Shown in pieces: positions 1 to 9,634 of a DNA stretch of 64,000 nucleotides. The translations under genes were made by a program, and so were the position numbers. Origin of the DNA: a virus (lineage: Duplodnaviria; Caudoviricetes); IMG/VR virus record IMGVR_UViG_3300012956_000023, positions 3,493-67,492 of that record; one strand, given 5' to 3'. The notes under the pieces were generated by a model. That model ran no database searches. It saw nothing but the letters and a program-made list of their open reading frames with translations, and was not told where the DNA came from. Within the stretch, counting starts at the first letter, position 1. Each line of letters opens with the position of its first letter.

Positions 1-915
1 CCGTGAGACATTATTTACAATCCCATTAGGGTATACATAATGCCAATCAGAGGTCCTAGGATTTAGTAACGGGAAATTAATAGGTTTCATAACGATAATT
101 GGACGTGCTAACAATCCTCGTTCTATCAACACCCATGCAGGAATATGACAGATGACTCCTCCTAGCATTCCAATTAGATTATGATCAGCAAATGTAAACT
201 CTTTCAGATTATCAAATGGGGTAGCTGAGAATCCAAATCTATACTTTGCTGGAATAGATTCAGTAATGAATTGCCATTCCTTGGAATGTAATAGGTGATG
301 AGTTTCATCGATAATCAATACTTCACAATCCCGTAGGTATTCAACTAATTCAGTATCTCCTTGCTGAATTCCTCGACGTAATGAATTAGTTACTCCTATT
401 AGAATATTATTACCTAAATTATGCTCTCCACTCCAATAACATCCAACATTAATACCATATTTCTCAAAACGTTTAGCAATCTGCTTCATAGGCTTTACTC
501 CAGATGAGAAGATTACCGTACGTTTATTGAGATACTTAGCCAAAGCAATCTCTACCTCAGTCTTACCCCCACCTGTACATATATCTACTACTCCACGTTT
601 ATAATGTAAACATTTAGTAGCTGCACTTAATTGATAATCACGTAAAGTAATTCCAGGTAGAATATCTTCAGGTATATGAATACTTATATCTTCATATGAT
701 ACCTTATACTCTACTTCCACCTCAATATTCCGTGATTTCAATTTATCCAAGAAGTAATCTACTAACCCACTGTAAAAATACAGTCCGTTATCAGTTATTC
801 GTAATTACGATTTTTCTTCATCGTCCTCCTTGATAACCGATAAATCATTAATTATAGAGATTTCTCCATAATCAGCACAGACTTCAGTAAATACTTCTCG
901 TACTATAAACTTCAT
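1..915 (-). CDS. SF2 DNA helicase (UvsW-like), 3' end runs off the window
   Basis: Manual translation from ATG 915 (overlaps primase stop): Walker A ICTGGGKT (~585-560), motif II IIDETH (~300-317), motif III FSATP, all in frame. Confidence 0.85.
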
Positions 916-1877
916 ATAGTTAACATCTCAATCTGTTTAATAAATGCTGTCTCCCAAACTGAATATTCTTCAGTATACTTTAGCATTTTCTGAATACCTT
1001 CCCCCCCAACTTCAGCTGGATCCTCAGTACCATTAAATAATAGGACCTTTACATTCTTGCCAACTGAGGATAACGTATTAGCTAATGCAAATGACTCAAT
1101 TCTAGCATCTGCATCTAACGCTACCACATATTCAGGAGCGTTCATTTTGATCAGTAATTCAACTTGTTTTGGTGATATATATTTCCCATACGTTGCTATG
1201 GAATTACGTCCAGCTAACATAGCACTAAACGGACCTTCACAAATTATTACTTGTTTTGCACAATCTATCCTAGCTTGATTGAATAACGTTACTGATTTAT
1301 ATGCATTAGTAGGAGACATATACTTTACGTTATTCTTCTCAAACGGATGATACCATCTACCTTGCCAGAAGTCATATCCCCCTGTCCTAATAGGATTAGG
1401 GATGATAATTCTCCAAGCTTGTTTACCTCCACCAAGATGAAGATCATAGTGTACAATATCATCTGGAAGGAGATTACGTTTGAGACAATACTCCCAAGCT
1501 AGGGTATAACTATCTGTTAATGGAACTGATCCTTCAGGTAATGGAATCTCCTTAGCTATTAACTTTACATCAGGTTCTGGAAATAAGTATGCTTCAACTT
1601 GCTCAAGTATGTTGATAGGGATTGGATTCCCTGCGAAATTAAGTCCCACTCTAGAAGTAAGGGAACGTATCCCGCGTCCTCGAGTATTACATTTATGACA
1701 TATATAATTGCCATAGTGTCTATCCCGATGATTATGAACATAGAAATGATAGCTGATATCACGTGTTTTCCCATTTTTCTCACAGAAGGGGCAATTAAAC
1801 CTTACTTCTCTCCTATCACCAGTGACTATAAAGGTTCCTAATTTTTGAGATAAATTAGCAATTTCTGGAGATATCAT
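912..1877 (-). CDS. DNA primase
   Basis: N-terminal Zn finger CPFC..H..C..C, TOPRIM motifs ICEGPFSA and LDAD; adjacent to replicative helicase. Confidence 0.85.
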   Translation of the reverse strand: MISPEIANLSQKLGTFIVTGDRREVRFNCPFCEKNGKTRDISYHFYVHNHRDRHYGNYICHKCNTRGRGIRSLTSRVGLNFAGNPIPINILEQVEAYLFPEPDVKLIAKEIPLPEGSVPLTDSYTLAWEYCLKRNLLPDDIVHYDLHLGGGKQAWRIIIPNPIRTGGYDFWQGRWYHPFEKNNVKYMSPTNAYKSVTLFNQARIDCAKQVIICEGPFSAMLAGRNSIATYGKYISPKQVELLIKMNAPEYVVALDADARIESFALANTLSSVGKNVKVLLFNGTEDPAEVGGEGIQKMLKYTEEYSVWETAFIKQIEMLTI

Positions 1878-3247
1878 GGTCTACCTGTTGTAGTTCCTTG
1901 CATTAATGTAGGATCCGGTGGAGTTTCGAATATCTGCATGTGAGCATAATCGACATCCCAATTGATCCCAATCTGAGATTTACCTCGACGAGCTTTATCA
2001 ACCCATCCTCTAGCTTTCCCTGCCTGCATCTCTTCTCTAGTTTGTTGAAGTACAATAACTAAATCCGCATCCATGATCTTCTGGAATGAATCAGCAGTAT
2101 TGTCAGACCGTGCTTCACCTGAAAAGAATCCTTCACGATTTAATTGGGATGCGGTCCATACAGGAAACTTATAATCTTTACCTAGAACAATTAGGTCGGT
2201 GATGATATGCCCAAGGTCGAAATACCTAGACCCACCCGAATCTTTATTTCCCTCTCTTCTTGGGATAGGCATGAGCTTGTCAGCGTAATCATTGCAGAGC
2301 ATACCTGTTGAGACCCCATCAAGTGCCTCAACTCTTGAGATATAAGATCTGATAGAAGCTGCCGTAACACGTCCTGGGTGCATGTACTTAACGCGTAGGT
2401 AATGCTTGTACTTTTTAATTCTTGTGGCTGCTTTGACATACTCATCGTAATAATTTGGATCTAGGATTTGATCAATAGTCATACCTGTAAATCTAGCAGC
2501 AAAGCGTAACAACACGTCTACTTCTGATAACTCGTGTGTAATATATACTACGTTTACCTGATTCTCAATAGCTGCAGCTCCAAGATTTACTAACAACGAT
2601 GATTTACCCTGACCTGCTCCTCCTATAATCATACCTATTTCACCAGCACCTAATCCACCTTTATATGCAGCATCTAACGTAGGCCATCCTGTAGGAACTT
2701 TATGAGAGAATCCAACATCTTGTAATGCAAGTTTAGGTAGCATCTCTAATGAATTAAACAATTCTAACCCATAATCCCCTACACCCATCCCTACATTACA
2801 TGCTTTCTCAATCATACCTCGAACTAATAATGGATCAGCATCCCCATTATTTAGAAACTTAGCTGAATCGAGAATAGCCCCACGTAGTGCTTGATTCTTC
2901 CCGAAGTCTACTGCTTTATCTCTAATATAATCAGCATCACTTAAATCGATATTAAAAATCTTATCAACTAGGCTCGTAATCTCTAACGAGGTAGTTGGAT
3001 CAATATTCATACTACGAATGTATTGATTAGACAATTCATTGGTAGCATCTAGAGTTGGAATACCTTTATACTTATTATAATAATTCTTAACTAGATTCAT
3101 TAAGATACATGACGCATTAGTACTCATGAACCCTGGATCTAAAATATCCCCGTAATATTCTAAGAACTTTTGATCTCTTGCAGCCATGGCAAGGATTTTT
3201 GTTTGGAACTCTATCCCAAAGGTGTATTGTTGCTTTGTGTCTTGCAT
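1874..3247 (-). CDS. DnaB/gp41-like replicative helicase
   Basis: Walker A GGAGQGKS, YITHELS, Walker B-like CNDYAD, WTASQLNR, KARRG. Confidence 0.9.
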   Translation of the reverse strand: MQDTKQQYTFGIEFQTKILAMAARDQKFLEYYGDILDPGFMSTNASCILMNLVKNYYNKYKGIPTLDATNELSNQYIRSMNIDPTTSLEITSLVDKIFNIDLSDADYIRDKAVDFGKNQALRGAILDSAKFLNNGDADPLLVRGMIEKACNVGMGVGDYGLELFNSLEMLPKLALQDVGFSHKVPTGWPTLDAAYKGGLGAGEIGMIIGGAGQGKSSLLVNLGAAAIENQVNVVYITHELSEVDVLLRFAARFTGMTIDQILDPNYYDEYVKAATRIKKYKHYLRVKYMHPGRVTAASIRSYISRVEALDGVSTGMLCNDYADKLMPIPRREGNKDSGGSRYFDLGHIITDLIVLGKDYKFPVWTASQLNREGFFSGEARSDNTADSFQKIMDADLVIVLQQTREEMQAGKARGWVDKARRGKSQIGINWDVDYAHMQIFETPPDPTLMQGTTTGRP

Positions 3248-3280
3248 TTTCTCTCTATACTAGTTTTATCTTAGTTGGGT

Positions 3281-3511
3281 TTATGAAGTCTGCTGTCTAC
3301 GGACCTCGGCACGGGCCACTTCCTTGGTGAGGAGAGATGCCATGGCAGGATTGAAGTCTTTATAGAGCTTATCAAAGATCTCAGCGTATGTTGCGGTTTC
3401 CGGTAAATCTAGTTCTACTGCATCACCCTCTAATGTTAGCTCACCACGAACGGATTCGTAGTTACCAAGATTGATATTATGTGCAACCGTTATTTTGACT
3501 CGTCTTGACAT
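3281..3511 (-). CDS. hypothetical protein
   Basis: 76-aa ORF in operon; NLGNYESVR motif typical of small phage proteins. Confidence 0.6.
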   Translation of the reverse strand: MSRRVKITVAHNINLGNYESVRGELTLEGDAVELDLPETATYAEIFDKLYKDFNPAMASLLTKEVARAEVRRQQTS

Positions 3512-3630
3512 AATCCCTCAATTTCTGAGATTGTTAACAATTTAATTCCAGAAACTCATCTGTTCCCTTACAATAACAGAAGACAAACTTACTTCTGGTA
3601 ATCTGAATAATCTCCGTTTCATGGTTACAC

Positions 3631-3825
3631 CTATGAAATAATCACAATATTTTTAGACTCATGATACGGCCAATCACCAACTTCTTTAAACTCAACCTTT
3701 TCAATTTCTGAATGATATTCAATTGATTCTGGATTACATTCCGAACATCCTTCAGTAGTAGAATACTTTACTTTTGCTTTCGGAGGCAATTTTTGTAATT
3801 TGACAATCAATTCTTCAACAGTCAT
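3631..3825 (-). CDS. hypothetical protein
   Basis: 64-aa ORF with GGAGG RBS; starts MTVEELIVKLQKLPP. Confidence 0.6.
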   Translation of the reverse strand: MTVEELIVKLQKLPPKAKVKYSTTEGCSECNPESIEYHSEIEKVEFKEVGDWPYHESKNIVIIS

Positions 3826-3827
3826 AA

Positions 3828-3953
3828 TTACCTCCCTAGACTAAAGATACAATATAGAACACTATGTCCTACTTTTATACAATCATTGAACATATACACT
3901 TCGATACCGATTGCCACAGCAAGTACCGTAGATACTACAATCAGATACGGCAT
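3828..3953 (-). CDS. small membrane protein (not in ORF track)
   Basis: MPYLIVVSTVLAVAIGIEVYMFNDCIKVGHSVLYCIFSLGR; start overlaps upstream stop; its 3' end holds the RBS of the next gene. Confidence 0.55.
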   Translation of the reverse strand: MPYLIVVSTVLAVAIGIEVYMFNDCIKVGHSVLYCIFSLGR

Positions 3954-4582
3954 TATTTCTCTCCCATCAGTTTCAAGAAGGCATTCTTCAAAGTCTCTTG
4001 AATCCAAACCAGATTATCACCACGGTTTCCCTTGATTCCATAGGCCTTGGCGATATCCACTTTCTTCTCAGAATCCGGATACTCCTCGGTAATCTCGTTG
4101 GCCATTTCGTGAGTTTCTTCATCGAAATGGATATCCAAATTGTGGGCACGAATCAGAATAACGAGATACTTCTTGGCCTTCTGAGACGGTAATTCGTTCA
4201 ACGCTTTACGGATTAGGAGATTGAAACCAACTTCTTCCTCCGGATTCGGACGAGTATCCGCACCGAAGACATCCATGTTGATTTCGCCTTCTTCGTTCTC
4301 CTGCAGATACTGCTCTCTCCAACCAAACTTACGGAACTCGTCACGAGCCTTGTTATAGGCATCAACTTTTGACCTCTTGTAGAACACACCCTTCTGATGG
4401 TTCTTGGTATCACCCTCCATCATCGGGGATTGGAGCCAGTATTCAACCGACTCCTGAAAATGGTCAACATAGGCATAGTTCTTGGTGGAATTCTCTTCCT
4501 TTATACGTTCCATCATCTCTTCTTCTGTCAAAACCGGGAGCAATTCCACTTCTTCCATTTCATTTTCGTTGATCATTTTCAT
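3953..4582 (-). CDS. hypothetical protein, C-terminus resembles sigma-70 region 4/HTH
   Basis: LIRKALNELP...DIAKAYGI...IQETLKNAFLKL pattern. Confidence 0.4.
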   Translation of the reverse strand: MKMINENEMEEVELLPVLTEEEMMERIKEENSTKNYAYVDHFQESVEYWLQSPMMEGDTKNHQKGVFYKRSKVDAYNKARDEFRKFGWREQYLQENEEGEINMDVFGADTRPNPEEEVGFNLLIRKALNELPSQKAKKYLVILIRAHNLDIHFDEETHEMANEITEEYPDSEKKVDIAKAYGIKGNRGDNLVWIQETLKNAFLKLMGEK

Positions 4583-4610
4583 TTATCCCTTTTGATTTTA
4601 GAGATTGTCC

Positions 4611-5048
4611 TTAGTACGCACACTCCGTATTGACACACACCATTTTGCCATCGGCAGCATTAACTTTCTCATAACCACAACGGCACTTGTTCACCACAGT
4701 CTCACCATCTTCATAGAACGGATCGTCTAACGGAAGATTGTCATTCGCAGAAGTCTTGACCACTTTCACTTCCTTCTTGAAGGACGGATCCGGTTGAGCG
4801 ATCAGACTATCAATTGCTTTCTCACCCTTCTGAATTGCACGACGGATCTCCCAGAAATCGTGGAAAGCCGACTTCATGATATCCGTAGAACCATCACCGA
4901 TCGGGATCGAAGTGCTCGCTTCTTGACGCTCACGGAGCTCTTCTTTGGAGACTTCAACAATCGGACAGCTCTTCGGATCGAAGTATGCTCCCCACGACCG
5001 CTGCCACCCTTTGTTTCTCCGCTCCGCTTTTTCACTTGCGCTTTTCAT
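4611..5048 (-). CDS. hypothetical protein with C-terminal Cys4 ribbon
   Basis: AAGGAGG RBS before ATG 5048; CRCG...CVNTEC at C-terminus. Confidence 0.55.
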   Translation of the reverse strand: MKSASEKAERRNKGWQRSWGAYFDPKSCPIVEVSKEELRERQEASTSIPIGDGSTDIMKSAFHDFWEIRRAIQKGEKAIDSLIAQPDPSFKKEVKVVKTSANDNLPLDDPFYEDGETVVNKCRCGYEKVNAADGKMVCVNTECAY

Positions 5049-5108
5049 TTCGACCCTCCTTTTAGGTTTCTGACTTTTTCCCGACGACACCCTTAAGAGT
5101 TGCAAAAC

Positions 5109-5338
5109 TTGGGCCAAAAAGACCCCTTATAAAGGTGCTTTTTGCCTGCTTTTTAGGCAATAAAGGCCTTATGAAGGTGCTTTTTCACTATAAATTGAAT
5201 CGTTGGGCAAAACGCCCCAATGGGTAATCTACTTACCGTTTATTAGGCTAAAACAGACCCTAAACCACGCGTCAACAGAGCGGTTAAGCAGTTGCGGCAA
5301 AACGCCCCAAACCTTTAATAAGTTGGGGCAAAACGCTC
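5109..5338. repeat. cluster of short dispersed repeats in intergenic DNA
   Basis: TTG(G/C)GGCAAAACGCCCCAA-like units at 5203-5220, 5292-5310, 5323-5338 and degenerate 5109-5126; CCTTAT(A/G)AAGGTGCTTTTT twice (~5125, ~5168). Confidence 0.85.
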
Positions 5339-5742
5339 TAATTATAATGACTGAGAAAACTAGATAAATCAGGATAATAGTAATACTCGTTATCTGTATA
5401 ATGAGATACGTCTATATTGTTACGAACAGCTAATTCAGCTATAATACGAGTACGTCTAGAAGAAAAAAGCTTATTATGAAAGATAATCACATGACTTGGC
5501 GTATAACCCTTAAAGATATTCTCTCCTATCATGCAATCTACTTGACTATCATCAAACCCATAAACAGGATTAGGAAACTCAGCTATAGGAATACGTTTTT
5601 CTCTGCTAATAATATCTGCAATAGCTTCCTTACCAGCACCTGACCCGTTTATGATCAAATCACAGTTACTTATGTTGAAGAGAATGGCTCTTACCCTTTT
5701 TAGGCTTATCGACTCGGTGTCTCCACATATTACTATCTGCAT
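5338..5742 (-). CDS. SLOG-family (DUF2493/YspA-like) protein
   Basis: MQIVICGD...IINGSGAGKEAIA...IPIAEFP resembles the SLOG Gly-rich loop pattern. Confidence 0.45.
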   Translation of the reverse strand: MQIVICGDTESISLKRVRAILFNISNCDLIINGSGAGKEAIADIISREKRIPIAEFPNPVYGFDDSQVDCMIGENIFKGYTPSHVIIFHNKLFSSRRTRIIAELAVRNNIDVSHYTDNEYYYYPDLSSFLSHYN

Positions 5743-5863
5743 TGTATACTTTCTGTAAATCTATAGTATTAGAGCAGTTTACACATCTCATTACTTTGAT
5801 AGTAACAAAATAGTCTGTAACGTCATCATTTACCATAAATCCTTGGCAACGTGGACAAATCAT
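5666..5863 (-). CDS. small zinc-ribbon protein
   Basis: CPRC-x18-RCVNC. Confidence 0.6.
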   Translation of the reverse strand: MICPRCQGFMVNDDVTDYFVTIKVMRCVNCSNTIDLQKVYNADSNMWRHRVDKPKKGKSHSLQHK

Positions 5864-6432
5864 TTATCCCTCGACGCTGATACAGAATTAGAGTTCTGAT
5901 ACTTCCCTTCATATGGCTTAATGGCAGAAGCATCCATTTTATGATAAATCAACTGAGCAATCTTCAATCCTGGATATATAGGGAGAGCATGATTCTGAGT
6001 AATATTCTGAAGTTCCATGGTCAGAACTCCATTCCAACCAGGGTCTACCCAGAATGCTAAACTATGGTTGTATCCTTCACGAGCACGAGACGATTTGAGT
6101 TTCAGTTCCATACAATACCCATTAGGAACATGTATGTGCTCCATAGTTTCAGCTAGAAAGAATGTTCCAGGATAAATCCAATGAGGATTATCCTTAGTTT
6201 TACCTCCAATATTATACTTAAAGAAATTATTTGGAGTTTGCCATGGCTTCGAGACACTTGTATACCCTTTATTAAGGATATCGTATGTATGTGAAGGAAG
6301 GGGAGTGGATTCTAACATAATCCACTCCCCTATCCTAATATCTATAGATGCTGGATTTACTAACGACTCATCCAGATTAGTCTTTATCAATTGAGGAAGT
6401 AACGACAACAATGTACCATCTGATAAAATCAT
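5860..6432 (-). CDS. dcd: dCTP deaminase
   Basis: NPASIDIRIG, FFLAETME, KSSRAREG, VDPGWNGVLTMEL, GLKIAQL. Confidence 0.92.
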   Translation of the reverse strand: MILSDGTLLSLLPQLIKTNLDESLVNPASIDIRIGEWIMLESTPLPSHTYDILNKGYTSVSKPWQTPNNFFKYNIGGKTKDNPHWIYPGTFFLAETMEHIHVPNGYCMELKLKSSRAREGYNHSLAFWVDPGWNGVLTMELQNITQNHALPIYPGLKIAQLIYHKMDASAIKPYEGKYQNSNSVSASRDK

Positions 6433-6439
6433 ATCTACC

Positions 6440-6877
6440 TTACTTTCTAAATTGTTCCTTGGTAAGATTATTAGTATTCATGTATGCTATTACTTGTTCA
6501 TTAATACTAGGAGGAATTCCTTCAGTATTTTCCCATAGAACCCCAGGCCATCTGGAATAGATCTCTTCAGGTCCTATTGAAACTAACCATAGATGTTTAC
6601 CCTTGATCAAATCAGCTAGATAATTTTTTACTTTCAATCCTGCTACACGCTCCTCAGGATTCTTCGGTCTCCATGTTTCAGGGGCATCATATCCATCTAA
6701 TCGAATTCGAATACTAGATTGTACACCAAATCCTTGATCTACAACCACATCAAGAGTGTCACCATCTACTATCTTAGTTACTTCTTTAATCTTGAAGAAG
6801 GTAACTGGTTCCTGTGCATATGAAATAGTAGTAAAAATTCCGATAACTAACTCAATGATAAAAATCTTTAATTTCAT
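6440..6877 (-). CDS. thermonuclease (SNase-like)
   Basis: VDGDTLDV, IRLDGYDAPE motifs; hydrophobic N-terminus. Confidence 0.85.
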   Translation of the reverse strand: MKLKIFIIELVIGIFTTISYAQEPVTFFKIKEVTKIVDGDTLDVVVDQGFGVQSSIRIRLDGYDAPETWRPKNPEERVAGLKVKNYLADLIKGKHLWLVSIGPEEIYSRWPGVLWENTEGIPPSINEQVIAYMNTNNLTKEQFRK

Positions 6878-6885
6878 AAATTCCT

Positions 6886-7326
6886 TTATACTACATTAGT
6901 TACAACAATTACTCGATCATCTAGTATATGCTCGATTGTAGGTTTTACATACTCCCAATCAAGACCTCCTAAACCACACCCTGGTCTAGGAAGATACACT
7001 CGCTCTAATCTATATGTCTCAATAAGTTTTATTAATTCTAAACAGGATTGTTGAACTAATTCCACAGTTGAGAAAGTATGCCAATTATCCTTAGTAGGAA
7101 AAGATATCAATCTCTCATATATAAATATCCCACAATGATTTCCATTAGCCATAACATGAATACCAAATAATTGACTAATATGTGGAAATCTATCTACTGC
7201 TTCCTTAGCAATACCACCCCCCATTACTAACCGGTTATCCTTATTTAGAGATCCGTTAGTAGTGATGCAAATCCATTCTCCTTTTTTATGGAGATCCCAT
7301 AACTCAGCAACTAATTCTTTCATCAT
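6886..7326 (-). CDS. macrodomain (ADP-ribose binding/hydrolase) protein
   Basis: ITTNG..VMGGGIA, FPTK, LPRPGCGLGGLDW. Confidence 0.88.
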   Translation of the reverse strand: MMKELVAELWDLHKKGEWICITTNGSLNKDNRLVMGGGIAKEAVDRFPHISQLFGIHVMANGNHCGIFIYERLISFPTKDNWHTFSTVELVQQSCLELIKLIETYRLERVYLPRPGCGLGGLDWEYVKPTIEHILDDRVIVVTNVV

Positions 7327-7451
7327 ATCTCCTATTATATATAGTCCAATCTATGGGCCACATTCAACATATCCTCTAATGATAGCACTGTAATCTCTTT
7401 AATCATGATTTATCAACCTATTTACGCTCAGTTTGGTTCATGCACCGTCAA

Positions 7452-7805
7452 TTACATTGACGCGGGCACGGCTTCGGGCTTTAATAAAGCACCTTGTATA
7501 GGGCTTTCTTGGAGTTCGAATTTGTGTAAGAACACAATTTCATCACCTTTAAAGCCTTTAGGATGGATAGTTTCCCATACTTTTACAAATTCATTAGGAG
7601 ACTTACATCCTTCTTGTTCATAATACTCAGTAGCTACTACCTTCAACGGTACTACAATTACAGATTTAACTAGGAATATATATCCAAATGCAGCAAACGT
7701 ATCTCCCGGATTAGCCATACATGAAGTACGACAGGTCATAGTTTTATCACCAGAGATCATCAAACTCTTCCATTTATGTAGGAAAGAGATATTACGTTTT
7801 GCCAT
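7452..7805 (-). CDS. ASCH/PUA-like domain protein
   Basis: GDKTMTCRT, PGDTF, YEQEG..SP.EF..VW. Confidence 0.7.
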   Translation of the reverse strand: MAKRNISFLHKWKSLMISGDKTMTCRTSCMANPGDTFAAFGYIFLVKSVIVVPLKVVATEYYEQEGCKSPNEFVKVWETIHPKGFKGDEIVFLHKFELQESPIQGALLKPEAVPASM

Positions 7806-8295
7806 TTTCTTTCCCCCATATTGCTTCATGTAGATCTTTGACTTTTACTTCTCGTACCCGTACCATATACGTAGCAGCCAGACGATACACCATCCCATAA
7901 TAATGAATCTCTGCATCATCTGGAAGTAGAAATTCATATGGATACGCATACTGTGCCTTATATCCCTTAGTATGCTCTTGAACTTCCCCCCACAGAGAAA
8001 CTCTCCCTATTATTCCAACTTTATCAGCATTTCCAATAGCACCGGTAATACGAATTACCGATCCTTTTACATCTGGAGTATATTGTCTACAAGAATCAAG
8101 ATCCTTGAATGCAAAGACAGCATGAGTACGATCCTTAGCAACAATAGGTTGCATAGGAAGCCATTGATGCTTTTCAGGCACTCCGTGCTCATCTGTAACA
8201 ATAGGACATATAGAATATGTGGGTTGGTTATTGATCATCTTTGTTTTCACCACCCACATACGAATACCGATTTTTATTCCAGGGATTTGTTTCAT
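7792..8295 (-). CDS. hypothetical protein
   Basis: IGIRMW and GRVSLWGEVQEHTKGYKAQYAYP motifs. Confidence 0.6.
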   Translation of the reverse strand: MKQIPGIKIGIRMWVVKTKMINNQPTYSICPIVTDEHGVPEKHQWLPMQPIVAKDRTHAVFAFKDLDSCRQYTPDVKGSVIRITGAIGNADKVGIIGRVSLWGEVQEHTKGYKAQYAYPYEFLLPDDAEIHYYGMVYRLAATYMVRVREVKVKDLHEAIWGKENGKT

Positions 8296-8329
8296 ATGAA
8301 TCTCCAATACCAACTACCATGTTGATAGT

Positions 8330-8357
8330 GACTAGGGGAGCCAATTCTCCCCTAGTC
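8330..8357. terminator. 11-bp perfect hairpin without clear U-tract
   Basis: GACTAGGGGAG-CCAATT-CTCCCCTAGTC. Confidence 0.45.
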
Positions 8358-8368
8358 GTAACCTGTTA

Positions 8369-8503
8369 TTAGGCAGGGACTTCTTCTTGGTGTTGAGGAG
8401 CCTCTTGTGGTACATAACTAGGCTCTGGTTCATACACCGGAGGGATAGGAACTTTCAATGGAATCATCTCGTACTCTTCTTGTGGCTCACCAATAATTGC
8501 CAT
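8369..8503 (-). CDS. 44-aa Pro/Glu-rich peptide (not in ORF track)
   Basis: MAIIGEPQEEYEMIPLKVPIPPVYEPEPSYVPQEAPQHQEEVPA; ATG overlaps ATPase stop. Confidence 0.65.
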   Translation of the reverse strand: MAIIGEPQEEYEMIPLKVPIPPVYEPEPSYVPQEAPQHQEEVPA

Positions 8504-9294
8504 TACTTCCTCCCAATGTTCTTAATGTTAGACGCACTAGCCGCAGCAGACTTCTTCATTGGGTCGATAATTGTCATCTGTGCCAAATCTCTCCAAGTTT
8601 CAGGACGATGCTTGGCCAACTGTGCAATCTTCACAAAAGTACGAATGGACATATAATCGATGTTGTCCTTCTCTTGGTACAACCAGTATGCAATCTCAAA
8701 TCCAGTTTGAGTATCGCAATAATCATTCTGAGTTGCCACCGAGAATATCTTGGCCAATTTCTCCATATTGGTAACATCCATGCTCACCATATGAAAACGA
8801 TCCGTCAGTGCTTTAAAGTGAACCGAATTGCAACTTGCATTCGTGATGATAATAACCGACGAATCAAATTGGTACGATTCAAACTTGGCCCCACGGAATG
8901 CAGTGTTCCAAGAAACTACACGTTTCGCACGCATTTCAGTAGCAGCCTTCAACACGTTCATGCTAGTCTGCTCTTGAAATACTCCGTCACAGTCGTCGAA
9001 CACCAAGAGATCAGAAATGGTATTATGCTCTCCAAGCAGATTGAATGTCTGCAACGGAGTAATATGTCCTGAACTCCAAGTAGGAACAATAGGGTTCGGA
9101 TGGTTCTTGATATAATTTTCTTTAAGAAAATCGGCAATACTAAACGACTTACCAATTCCAGGAGCGCCATCGATAATTAGCCCGTTAATAGCATGCTCCG
9201 CAGCAAGCCCTACCATATCAAGCATCAGTTTGAATTTCTTGTCAATGCTTGCTAGGTTTTCTTTGTAGGCTTCGTTGAAATGCTGTGCGCTCAT
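8503..9294 (-). CDS. P-loop ATPase (AAA-like)
   Basis: Walker A GAPGIGKS, Walker B LLVFDD; GGAGG RBS before ATG 9294. Confidence 0.85.
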   Translation of the reverse strand: MSAQHFNEAYKENLASIDKKFKLMLDMVGLAAEHAINGLIIDGAPGIGKSFSIADFLKENYIKNHPNPIVPTWSSGHITPLQTFNLLGEHNTISDLLVFDDCDGVFQEQTSMNVLKAATEMRAKRVVSWNTAFRGAKFESYQFDSSVIIITNASCNSVHFKALTDRFHMVSMDVTNMEKLAKIFSVATQNDYCDTQTGFEIAYWLYQEKDNIDYMSIRTFVKIAQLAKHRPETWRDLAQMTIIDPMKKSAAASASNIKNIGRK

Positions 9295-9379
9295 ACAAGA
9301 ACCTCCAATAATTCGGGATACGAACAATTTCGTGCCCCACAAATAAGAACGTTTACAAGGTCAAAAACCCCTGGTTATA

Positions 9380-9634
9380 TTATGCTACATTTTGTTTAGA
9401 TTTTATCTCTAAACGTTCTATCTCTTCAAGAAGTCTTTCTAGAAATTTAATACCCTCTTCTAACTTTTCCATTTCTAATTTTATATCTTCCTCAGTATGA
9501 AACAACTCTTGACTATTACCATACTCATCCCAAGTTTGGTTCCATACAAATTCTTCCGGAACATATTTTGTTACATTCGTACAGCTACTGCAGAACACAA
9601 GTATCATTAGTACAATACTTTTCTTGAATACCAT
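9380..9634 (-). CDS. hypothetical, possible lipoprotein with coiled coil
   Basis: hydrophobic N-terminus ending FCSSC; acidic heptad C-terminus. Confidence 0.45.
   Translation of the reverse strand: MVFKKSIVLMILVFCSSCTNVTKYVPEEFVWNQTWDEYGNSQELFHTEEDIKLEMEKLEEGIKFLERLLEEIERLEIKSKQNVA

Noticed and set aside
5109-5338. Possible CRISPR array
   Set aside because: Units are short (16-19 nt), degenerate and irregularly spaced; no cas genes
8497-9072. 191-aa plus-strand ORF and similar short antisense ORFs across the window
   Set aside because: Fully overlap well-supported genes on the opposite strand and have no motifs or RBS
3953-9340. Moderately higher GC at 3953-5100 and 8370-9340 as horizontal transfer
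   Set aside because: The C-ending codon bias matches MCP exon 3, so high-expression codon usage explains it equally well
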